Part shown: positions 8,961 to 16,360 of the stretch, piece by piece | How positions within the stretch are numbered: the stretch's first letter is position 1 | Layout of the letters: each line of letters starts with the position of its first letter | Assembly (NCBI GenBank): GCA_902772615.1 | Contig: CACYBC010000117.1 | Span: forward strand, 1 to 28,319 | Direction of reading: 5' to 3' | DNA from: an uncultured Ruminococcus sp. | Lineage (GTDB): Bacteria > Bacillota > Clostridia > Oscillospirales > Ruminococcaceae | Length of the DNA stretch: 28,319 nucleotides | Made by a program: the position numbers and the translations under genes | Notes under the pieces: generated by a model | Database searches by the model: none | What the model was told of the DNA's origin: nothing | Seen by the model: the letters and a program-made list of their open reading frames with translations, nothing else

Positions 8961-10088
8961 TCATCCAACAAGATTGAGCAGCACGCCTGCCGCGATAACG
9001 GAAGCGATCTGTCCGGAGACGTTGACTCCGATGGTCTGCATGAGCAGGAAGTTCTGAGGATCCTCCTCGAGGCCCATCTTATGAACCACGCGGGCGGACA
9101 TCGGGAAAGCCGAGATGCCGGTCGCGCCGATCATCGGATTGAGCTTCTTGTCCTTCGGGAGGAACAGGTTGATGAGTTTGGCGAACATGACGCCGCCGAC
9201 TGTGTCGAATACGAAGGCTATGAGACCGAGAAACATAATGAGAAGAGTCTCGGGCTTGAGGAACTCATCGGCCTGCATCCTTGTGGAGATCGAGATTCCG
9301 AGCACGATCGTTACGAGGTTTGCGAGCTCATTCTGAGCAGAAGCAGAAATGGAGTTGAGGACTCCGCACTCTCTGATAAGGTTTCCGAACATCAGGAATC
9401 CGATGAGTGAGAGGGACTTCGGAGCGACAAGTCCTACGACAACGGTGATGACGATGGGAAAGAGGATCTTCGTCTTCTGTGAGACGGAGTGTGGCTCATA
9501 GTTCATTCTGATGAGTCTCTCTTCCTTGGAGGTGATCAGCTTGATGACAGGAGGCTGCACGATTGGCACGAGAGCCATGTAGGAATAGGCAGCGACCATG
9601 ATGGCGCCGGTGTAGTTCGATCCGAGATACTGGGATACGAAGATCGAGGAGGGACCGTCGGCAGCGCCGATGATGCCGATGGAAGCGGCATCCTTGAGCT
9701 CAAAACCGAATAGCATGGACATGCTGAGGGTGAAGAAGATACCGAACTGAGCTGCAGCTCCGAAAAGCATGAGCTTAGGGTTGGAGAGCAGGGGACCGAA
9801 ATCGATCATTGCTCCTATACCGATGAAGAGAAGCAGCGGGAAGAGCTCGTTTGCGATACCCGCCTTGAAGAGCTCATCGAATGCGCCGACCTCATCGCCC
9901 TGTGTGATGACACCGGACTGAGGAAGGTTTACGAGGATTGCTCCAAAACCAAGAGGCATAAGAAGGGAGGGCTCCATCTCTTTTGCGATCGCAAGATAGA
10001 CGAGAGTGCCGCCGATCAGCCACATGATGACCATCTTCAGGTCAATGTTCAAAAGGTTGCCGAAGATGTCGCTGAAAAAAGTAGCCAT
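8961..10088 (-). CDS. oadB: Sodium ion-translocating decarboxylase beta subunit (OadB/GcdB/MmdB family)
   Basis: EPSLLMPLGFGAILVNLP, FPLLLFIGIGAMIDFGPLL, IGIIGAADGP, AAYSYMALVPIVQPP, NPMIGATGISAFPMSAR and NVSGQIAS. Substrate specificity is not determinable. Confidence 0.93.
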   Translation of the reverse strand: MATFFSDIFGNLLNIDLKMVIMWLIGGTLVYLAIAKEMEPSLLMPLGFGAILVNLPQSGVITQGDEVGAFDELFKAGIANELFPLLLFIGIGAMIDFGPLLSNPKLMLFGAAAQFGIFFTLSMSMLFGFELKDAASIGIIGAADGPSSIFVSQYLGSNYTGAIMVAAYSYMALVPIVQPPVIKLITSKEERLIRMNYEPHSVSQKTKILFPIVITVVVGLVAPKSLSLIGFLMFGNLIRECGVLNSISASAQNELANLVTIVLGISISTRMQADEFLKPETLLIMFLGLIAFVFDTVGGVMFAKLINLFLPKDKKLNPMIGATGISAFPMSARVVHKMGLEEDPQNFLLMQTIGVNVSGQIASVIAAGVLLNLVG

Positions 10089-10127
10089 TGCACAACTCCT
10101 ATTTTTAAAAAATCCGAAATTCGATTC

Positions 10128-10157
10128 ATTCTAACACAATACATGGAATTGTTTCAA
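10128..10157 (-). promoter_or_regulatory. Putative sigma-A promoter for oadB
   Basis: Minus strand TTGAAA-18 bp-TAGAAT with an extended-10 TG (TGTTAGAAT), about 40 nt upstream of the AGGAG SD and ATG. Confidence 0.6.
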
Positions 10158-10237
10158 CACTGTGAACAGCCGGAACGGGTGTGCGCGACATATTATTCAG
10201 GATGTGCGGAAAGCTCCCGCAGATCCCGTCTGACGGT

Positions 10238-10266
10238 TTTGCAGTAAATGAAAATCAGTATATACT
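10238..10266 (+). promoter_or_regulatory. Putative sigma-A promoter for queA-bcp-tgt
   Basis: TTTGCA/TTGCAG at -35, then 16-17 bp, then TATACT (10261-10266). Confidence 0.55.
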
Positions 10267-10309
10267 ATATAGGATCTTACGATCATTTTCTGAAAGGACG
10301 AAGCGGCGC

Positions 10310-11350
10310 ATGCCGCATACAGATATGCTCAAGAGCGAATTCTATTATGACCTCCCGCAGGAGCTGATCGCTCAGTCGCACGCGGTTCCGAGAGATCATT
10401 CCAGGATGATGGTGCTGGACCGGCTGACAGGTGAGACACAGGACCTTCATTTCTATGATCTGCCCTCCTTTCTCAGGGAAGGCGATGTTCTCGTGCGCAA
10501 CAACAGCAAGGTCATCCCCGCACGGCTTCTTGGTCAGAAAGACACCGGAGCACATGTAGAGATACTGCTTCTCAAGCAGACTGAACAGGACGCGTGGGAA
10601 TGCCTCGTCAGACCGGGGAAAAGGCTTCACATGGGAACGGTCATAGACTTTCACGGGAAACTGAAGGCTACGATATGCGAGGAACTCACGGACGGAAAAA
10701 GGAAGGTCTGCTTCGATTATGACAGAAGCAGCAACTTCTTCGCGATCCTGGACGAGATAGGAAAGATGCCTACTCCTCCTTACATCACCAAGGAACTGGA
10801 GGACAACGACGAATATCAGACGGTATACGCGGAACCGCTGGGATCCGCAGCCGCTCCGACAGCCGGACTGCATTTCACCAACGAACTGCTCGACAAGGTC
10901 AGGAACATGGGCGTCCAGATCGCTGATGTGACTCTTCACGTGGGGCTTGGTACGTTCAGACCGGTCAAAGAGGACGTTATCACGGATCACATCATGCACT
11001 CTGAGAGCTACTCCATAGATGAAGAGAATGCCGATATCATTCGCCGTGCTAAGGAAGAGGGAAGAAGGGTCATCTGCACAGGGACCACTTCCTGCAGGAC
11101 CGTCGAGGCGGTCTACGCAAAGCACGGGACAGTGTGCGCATGCCATGAGGACACCGACATATTCATTTATCCGGGTTATAAGTTCAATGTGATGGACGGC
11201 CTTATCACGAATTTCCATCTACCTGAGAGTACGCTCATCATGCTGGTGAGCGCCTTCGCAGGGTATGACAACACCATGAACGCATATAGAAAAGCGGTTC
11301 GGGACAGATACAGATTCTTCAGCTTCGGGGATGCGATGCTGATAATCTGA
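10310..11350 (+). CDS. queA: S-adenosylmethionine:tRNA ribosyltransferase-isomerase
   Basis: [71 protein letters not shown] and [10 protein letters not shown]. Start is ATG 10310 (after AAAGGA) or 10325; the ORF-track GTG at 10181 lies upstream of the promoter. Confidence 0.97.
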   Translation: MPHTDMLKSEFYYDLPQELIAQSHAVPRDHSRMMVLDRLTGETQDLHFYDLPSFLREGDVLVRNNSKVIPARLLGQKDTGAHVEILLLKQTEQDAWECLVRPGKRLHMGTVIDFHGKLKATICEELTDGKRKVCFDYDRSSNFFAILDEIGKMPTPPYITKELEDNDEYQTVYAEPLGSAAAPTAGLHFTNELLDKVRNMGVQIADVTLHVGLGTFRPVKEDVITDHIMHSESYSIDEENADIIRRAKEEGRRVICTGTTSCRTVEAVYAKHGTVCACHEDTDIFIYPGYKFNVMDGLITNFHLPESTLIMLVSAFAGYDNTMNAYRKAVRDRYRFFSFGDAMLII

Positions 11351-11388
11351 TACGGATTTCGTTAAAAAAACATTTAGGAGAAACTGAA

Positions 11389-11847
11389 ATGCTCGAAACA
11401 GGGATAAAAGCCCCGGAATTCACACTTCCGGATCAGAACGGAGAGAAGAGGAGCCTGTCGGATTACAGGGGAAAAAGGGTCATCCTCTACTTCTATCCTA
11501 AGGATATGACCTCGGGATGCACTAAACAGGCGTGCGCTTTCGGGGAACTGTACCCGCAGTTCAGGGAGAAAGGCGCAGTTGTCATCGGAGTCAGCAGGGA
11601 TACTGTCGCATCCCACAAAAGATTTGAAGAAAAATACGGCCTGCCGTTCACGCTGCTGTCCGACACGGATCTGGATGTCATAAAGGCGTACGATGTCTGG
11701 AAGGAGAAGAACAACTACGGCAAGGTCACGATGGGCGTCGTAAGGACGACCTATCTCATAGACGAGAACGGCGTCATCACCAGAGCGTTCGGTAAGGTGA
11801 AAGCCGCCGACAATCCCGCTCAGATGCTTGAGGCACTTGAAGGTTGA
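11389..11847 (+). CDS. bcp: Thioredoxin-dependent thiol peroxidase (BCP/PrxQ peroxiredoxin)
   Basis: APEFTLPDQNG, YFYPKDMTSGCTKQAC (PxxxTxxC peroxidatic Cys plus CxxxxC resolving Cys) and VVRTTYLID. Confidence 0.95.
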   Translation: MLETGIKAPEFTLPDQNGEKRSLSDYRGKRVILYFYPKDMTSGCTKQACAFGELYPQFREKGAVVIGVSRDTVASHKRFEEKYGLPFTLLSDTDLDVIKAYDVWKEKNNYGKVTMGVVRTTYLIDENGVITRAFGKVKAADNPAQMLEALEG

Positions 11848-11851
11848 CGAG

Positions 11852-12985
11852 ATGTATGAACTGATAAAGAACGAGAATACGGCAAGACGCGGACGCTTCA
11901 CGACGGTCCACGGAGATTTCCAGACGCCGGCCTTCATGAATGTAGCCACTGCTGCGGCGATCAAGGGCGGGCTCAGCGCGCTGGATCTCAAGGATGTCAG
12001 ATGCCAGATCATGCTCAGCAACACATATCATCTGCATGTGCGCACGGGCGAGAACAGGATACACGATTTCGGCGGGATCCGGGGATTTTCAAAATGGGAC
12101 GGTCCCGTGCTGACGGACAGCGGGGGATTTCAGGTCTTTTCGCTTGCCAAGCTGAGGAAGATAAAGGAGGAAGGAGTGACCTTCAACTCCCATATCGACG
12201 GCAGGAAGATATTCATGGGACCGGAAGAGAGCATTCAGATCCAGTCCAGACTCGGAAGCACCATAGCAATGGCTTTCGATGAATGCGTCGAGAACCCGGC
12301 TGAGTACGGATATGCAAAGGAATCCGCCGCGAGGACCGCAAGATGGCTCAGAAGATGCATAGAACAGATGAAGAAATGCAACGCGGCAGAGAATGCAGTA
12401 AATCCGCATCAGCTTCTCTTTGGCATCAACCAGGGAGCCACGTATGAAGATCTCCGCATCGATAACATGAAGGAGATAGCGGAGATGAACTGCGACGGTT
12501 ACGCCATCGGAGGACTGGCGGTCGGTGAGCCGACCGAGGTGATGTATGACATCATTTCAGCGGTGGAGCCGTATGCGCCTAAGGATAAGATCAGATACCT
12601 CATGGGAGTCGGAACTCCCGGCAATATCATCGAATCGGTATTCAGAGGAGTAGATCTGTTCGACTGCGTGATGCCCGCAAGAAACGGAAGGCACGGACAT
12701 CTCTTCACCTGGAACGGGATAATCAACATCAACAACCAGCGCTACGAGGACGATCAGGAACCTATCGACCCCGAATGCGGATGTCCGGTATGCAGAGCAG
12801 GATTCTCCAAGGGATATATCAGGCATCTTCACAAATCGGGAGAGATGCTCGGTATGAGGCTGTGTGTGCTCCATAACCTGTGGTTCTACAACACGCTGAT
12901 GGAGAGGATCCGCAGCGAACTTGACAGCGGCACTTTCGCTCAGTTCCGAAATGAGTATGTGAACAGGCTCGACGCCAGGATCTGA
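11852..12985 (+). CDS. tgt: tRNA-guanine(34) transglycosylase
   Basis: LSNTYHL, TDSGGFQVFSL, AFDEC, GINQG, GGLAVGE, RYLMGVG, DLFDCVMPAR and the Zn site CGCPVC...H. The C158/V233-equivalent residues (Z. mobilis numbering) match the preQ1-inserting bacterial type. Start is ATG 11852. Confidence 0.97.
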   Translation: MYELIKNENTARRGRFTTVHGDFQTPAFMNVATAAAIKGGLSALDLKDVRCQIMLSNTYHLHVRTGENRIHDFGGIRGFSKWDGPVLTDSGGFQVFSLAKLRKIKEEGVTFNSHIDGRKIFMGPEESIQIQSRLGSTIAMAFDECVENPAEYGYAKESAARTARWLRRCIEQMKKCNAAENAVNPHQLLFGINQGATYEDLRIDNMKEIAEMNCDGYAIGGLAVGEPTEVMYDIISAVEPYAPKDKIRYLMGVGTPGNIIESVFRGVDLFDCVMPARNGRHGHLFTWNGIININNQRYEDDQEPIDPECGCPVCRAGFSKGYIRHLHKSGEMLGMRLCVLHNLWFYNTLMERIRSELDSGTFAQFRNEYVNRLDARI

Positions 12986-12992
12986 ATTTCTG

Positions 12993-13021
12993 TTTACTGA
13001 AAGCTACTGAGCATTTATAAT
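12993..13021 (+). promoter_or_regulatory. Putative sigma-A promoter for yajC
   Basis: TTTACT (12993-12998), 17 bp, TATAAT (13016-13021) in the tgt-yajC gap. Confidence 0.7.
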
Positions 13022-13048
13022 TGAATTACTATTTTTCCGGAGGGCAAT

Positions 13049-13399
13049 ATGAACATCAATATGTTTCTGACAACTACAGGAGCCACGACTCCTTCATTCT
13101 TTGAGACCTACGGCACCATCATCTTCCTGGTGCTCATGCTCGGCGTCATGTATCTGACAGTGGTCATTCCGCAGAGAAAAGAGGAGAAGGCCAGGAATGA
13201 GCTGCGCAACAGTCTGGAAGTCGGCGACGGAGTCGTGACCATAGGGGGCATCGTCGGACGCGTGGTCAGCATCAAGGACGACACCGTTCTCATCGAGACA
13301 GGATCAGACAGAGTCAAGATCAGGATGTCCAAGAACGCTATCGGCGAGGTCGAGAAGCTCAATCTGTCCGATAACAAGGAAAAGGAATCTGATAAATAA
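13049..13399 (+). CDS. yajC: Preprotein translocase subunit YajC
   Basis: Single TM followed by PQRKEEK, then L..GD.VVTIGGIVGRV..IKDDTV.IET. Confidence 0.95.
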   Translation: MNINMFLTTTGATTPSFFETYGTIIFLVLMLGVMYLTVVIPQRKEEKARNELRNSLEVGDGVVTIGGIVGRVVSIKDDTVLIETGSDRVKIRMSKNAIGEVEKLNLSDNKEKESDK

Positions 13400-13424
13400 T
13401 CCTGTACAAAAGAATCGGCATCAA

Positions 13425-13471
13425 AAAGTGTGTAAGTTCAAAGGTTTGAACTTGCACACTTTAGTGTTTTT
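13425..13471 (+). terminator. Long hairpin / intrinsic terminator after yajC
   Basis: 18-bp stem AAAGTGTGTAAGTTCAAA / TTTGAACTTGCACACTTT (one G-U pair) with a 2-nt loop, followed by AGTGTTTTTT. Confidence 0.75.
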
Positions 13472-13513
13472 TAAGCAAAAAACCAGAAAAAATGTTAAGT
13501 TTGTGTTAAACGG

Positions 13514-13542
13514 TTAAATTAATTGAAATGCTATGGTAAAAT
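13514..13542 (+). promoter_or_regulatory. Putative extended -10 promoter for the class A PBP
   Basis: TG-G-TAAAAT at 13534-13542 with a weak -35 TTAAAT 17 bp upstream, in an AT-rich gap. Confidence 0.5.
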
Positions 13543-13602
13543 TATCTGGTATGGTCATATATATACATTAAAACGATAACAACGATCTGAAAGAGAACAG
13601 AT

Positions 13603-16227
13603 ATGTCAGAAGATATCAACAATAAGAATGTGAACGGCAACGTACCTGAGACTGCCGCGGGCGATCAGGCGGATCCGTTCCAGAAGACCGACAGCATGCT
13701 CACCGCTGAAGGTGCTGACCTTCTCTCTGAACTTGCTGAAGCCAGCGGCGATCCCATCCCGGAGATCCCGTCTTCGGGAGAGACCGGTACAGCTTATTTT
13801 GATGCGGTCGTCGATGCTGACGGAGAGATCGAAGGGCTCCTCAACGATGCGGAAGGCGCAGTGCCTGAAGATGCTGAGATCCCTGCGGTCATAGCTGCCG
13901 CATCCGGCGCTGCAGATGATGAAGGTGACATGAATAAGGAAACAGACAGCAAGGGCAAACGTTCTTCCAAGGACAGGAAGAACGCAAAAGGAACATCGGG
14001 AAGGATCAACGGCGCGTCAGGAAAGACGAAAGTCCGCAGAAGGGCGTCTTTCTGGCAGGTGCTCGTCAGACTGTTCGTGTTCTTCCTCTGTGTGGGCATC
14101 ATCGGAGCATGCGCGCTCGCTGTAGGAGCGACTCTGTATATCGCTGAAGTCACTGCGGATGACTACAAGACGCTGGATATAGACAATATCAAGCTCAGCC
14201 TTTCGACTCTGATCATGGTCAAGGATCCGGATACGGGCGAGTGGGTGGAGCATGAGAGACTCTACAGCGGACAGAACCGTGTATGGGTCGATTATGCGGA
14301 TTTCCCGGACTGCCTCGTTGACGCCATCATCGCATCAGAGGATATAAGGTTCCGTACCCATCACGGTGTCGACTGGAAGCGCACCATATTCGCATTCCTC
14401 AACCAGTTCCTGAGACTGTTCGGCATTAACCTTGCCGACAACATCCAGGGCGGCTCGACGATCACACAGCAGCTCATCAAGAACATAACCAACGAAAAAG
14501 AAGTCAAGGGCTTTGACGGTATCCTCCGAAAGGTAAGGGAGATATACAGGGCCCTCAACATGGAGAAGAACTACTCAAAGACACAGATCCTGGAGGCATA
14601 CCTCAATACGTTCTCTCTCGGAAGCCAGGTAGCGGGCATCGAATCCGCCGCCAAGTACTACTTCGGCAAGACGACGTCCGAACTCGATCTTGCGGAGTGC
14701 TGCTCCATCGTCGTCATAACCAAGTATCCCGGATGGTATGACCCCTACATCAGTGCGGAAGATAACAAGATACAGAGGGACTACGTCCTGCGCACGATGC
14801 TGGAGAACGAGATGATCACTCAGACTCAGTATGATACCGCGAAGGCTAAGAGCGATGTCATGGAGTTCGACAGATCGAATATCGACAATGCGTCCACAAG
14901 CAGCCTGTACGATTATTTCACGGATACGGTGATCAAACAGGTCCATCAGGACCTCGAGAAATACAAGAATCTCTCTTCCGAAGAAGCCTACAAGCTCCTC
15001 TATCAGGGAGGACTGAAGATCTACACCACGATGGATCCCAAGGTCCAGGCGTCGGTGGAAAAGGCTGCATGGAACAAGGATATCTGGCCGGACTACAAAC
15101 TGGACAGCGAGGGCAACAGACTGGAGAACCAGATCGAAGGCGCCATCGTGGTAATGAACTATGACGGTGAAGTCGTTGGCATCGCCAACGGCATCAGGGA
15201 GAAGACCGCAAGCCTCAGTCTTCTGAGGGGATATACTTCCGCGCGCCAGACCGGTTCTTCCATGAAGCCAGTAGCGGTATACGCTCCCGCAATAGAGCTC
15301 AAGAAGATCCATTTCTCATCGCTCTTCCAGGATATTGCGACCGAGAAAGTCAACGGCAGAAGTTGGCCGACCAACTTCTCTAACACCTACGGAACACCCA
15401 TTACGGTATATAAGGCAGTGGCAAAGTCCCTCAACACGGTAGCGGTGCAGACCATGCAGCTCATCGGTGTCGACTTCGCCTTCGATTTCCTGACACAATC
15501 GCTGGGATTCACGACTCTCGTCGACGGAAGATGGGACGACGCTCAGGGGATCACAATGACCGACAGGACTCTCTCCATGGCGCTCGGCGGACTTACAGAC
15601 GGGTGCACAGTCACCGAGATGTGCGCAGCCTATGCCTCCTTCGGAAATCTGGGCGTTTACAAGAGCCCCAGGTTCTACACGCTCATCGAGGATTACACCG
15701 GCGACGTCGTCCTTGACAAGAACAAGGTGGCACAGACCAACCAGGCTATGTCTCCCCAGACGGCCTACATCATGAACCAGATCCTCCAGGGCGTTACCAG
15801 AGAAGGTACGGCAACAGCGGTCAGGAAAGGCGCCAAATTTACGACTGCGTCCAAGACCGGAACCACATCCGACAACAACGACTTCTGGACCATAGCGCTG
15901 AACCCCTACTACTGCTGCGCGGGCTGGATGGGATATGACCAGAACGGAAAGATGACTCCGTACAGCCTGCACTATGACATTCAGTACGCCGTCAGAGACG
16001 TGCTCAATGAGATCACGAACGATCTGCCGGAGAAGGAATTCGAGAGACCGGAAGGCATCACGACCGCGTCGTTCTGCCTGTCATCCGGATTCCTGACTTC
16101 GTCCGGATGCAAGAGCACGAGGACAGGCTACTATACCAAGGACAACATGCCCAATTCCCACTGCATGCATTCACTGTTCCCGTACGACGGCAACGGCGGA
16201 ACTACCACCGATGACAATGCGGGCTGA
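13603..16227 (+). CDS. Class A penicillin-binding protein (PBP1A family, transglycosylase-transpeptidase)
   Basis: GT51 motifs EDIRFRTHHGVD, GGSTITQQLIKN, RKVREI, KTQILEAYLN and AAKYYF. Transpeptidase motifs SxxK (GSSMK), SxN (KSLN) and KTGT. One TM anchor. Confidence 0.96.
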   Translation: MSEDINNKNVNGNVPETAAGDQADPFQKTDSMLTAEGADLLSELAEASGDPIPEIPSSGETGTAYFDAVVDADGEIEGLLNDAEGAVPEDAEIPAVIAAASGAADDEGDMNKETDSKGKRSSKDRKNAKGTSGRINGASGKTKVRRRASFWQVLVRLFVFFLCVGIIGACALAVGATLYIAEVTADDYKTLDIDNIKLSLSTLIMVKDPDTGEWVEHERLYSGQNRVWVDYADFPDCLVDAIIASEDIRFRTHHGVDWKRTIFAFLNQFLRLFGINLADNIQGGSTITQQLIKNITNEKEVKGFDGILRKVREIYRALNMEKNYSKTQILEAYLNTFSLGSQVAGIESAAKYYFGKTTSELDLAECCSIVVITKYPGWYDPYISAEDNKIQRDYVLRTMLENEMITQTQYDTAKAKSDVMEFDRSNIDNASTSSLYDYFTDTVIKQVHQDLEKYKNLSSEEAYKLLYQGGLKIYTTMDPKVQASVEKAAWNKDIWPDYKLDSEGNRLENQIEGAIVVMNYDGEVVGIANGIREKTASLSLLRGYTSARQTGSSMKPVAVYAPAIELKKIHFSSLFQDIATEKVNGRSWPTNFSNTYGTPITVYKAVAKSLNTVAVQTMQLIGVDFAFDFLTQSLGFTTLVDGRWDDAQGITMTDRTLSMALGGLTDGCTVTEMCAAYASFGNLGVYKSPRFYTLIEDYTGDVVLDKNKVAQTNQAMSPQTAYIMNQILQGVTREGTATAVRKGAKFTTASKTGTTSDNNDFWTIALNPYYCCAGWMGYDQNGKMTPYSLHYDIQYAVRDVLNEITNDLPEKEFERPEGITTASFCLSSGFLTSSGCKSTRTGYYTKDNMPNSHCMHSLFPYDGNGGTTTDDNAG

Positions 16228-16252
16228 TAAGCTGAAAGTCAACATATGATCA

Positions 16253-16290
16253 AAGGACACAGGACTTAACAGCCTGTGTCCTTGTGTTTT
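16253..16290 (+). terminator. Intrinsic terminator of the PBP gene
   Basis: Perfect 11-bp stem AAGGACACAGG / CCTGTGTCCTT followed by GTGTTTT. Confidence 0.8.
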
Positions 16291-16295
16291 GCAGG

Positions 16296-16329
16296 AAAAA
16301 AGCCGGTACCTTGCATGGCACCGGCTTTT
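16296..16329 (-). terminator. Intrinsic terminator of the esterase operon
   Basis: Stem AAAAGCCGGT.CC / GG.ACCGGCTTTT. The A-run at 16296-16301 gives a U-tail on the minus strand. Confidence 0.8.
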
Positions 16330-16360
16330 CGTTCTTTACAGTAAGTCTGAGATCAGAAGA

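Noticed and set aside
10181-10309. ORF-track N-terminal extensions (queA from 10181; likewise tlyA 3829, ytvI 7556, tgt 11828, secA 27910)
   Set aside because: The extensions overlap promoters or upstream genes and lack an SD. Downstream starts have good SDs and match family N-termini.
10267-10310. preQ1 riboswitch upstream of queA
   Set aside because: The leader is about 40 nt with no AGAGGUUCUAG-like P1/loop or A-rich tail. No class I, II or III fold is evident.
13503-13520. Rex-like site GTGTTAA-ACGG-TTAAATT upstream of the PBP gene; Rex sites were also sought before nfnAB and oadB
   Set aside because: Only 10 of 14 positions match TTGTTAA-N4-TTAACAA in very AT-rich DNA, and no convincing site was found before nfnAB or oadB.
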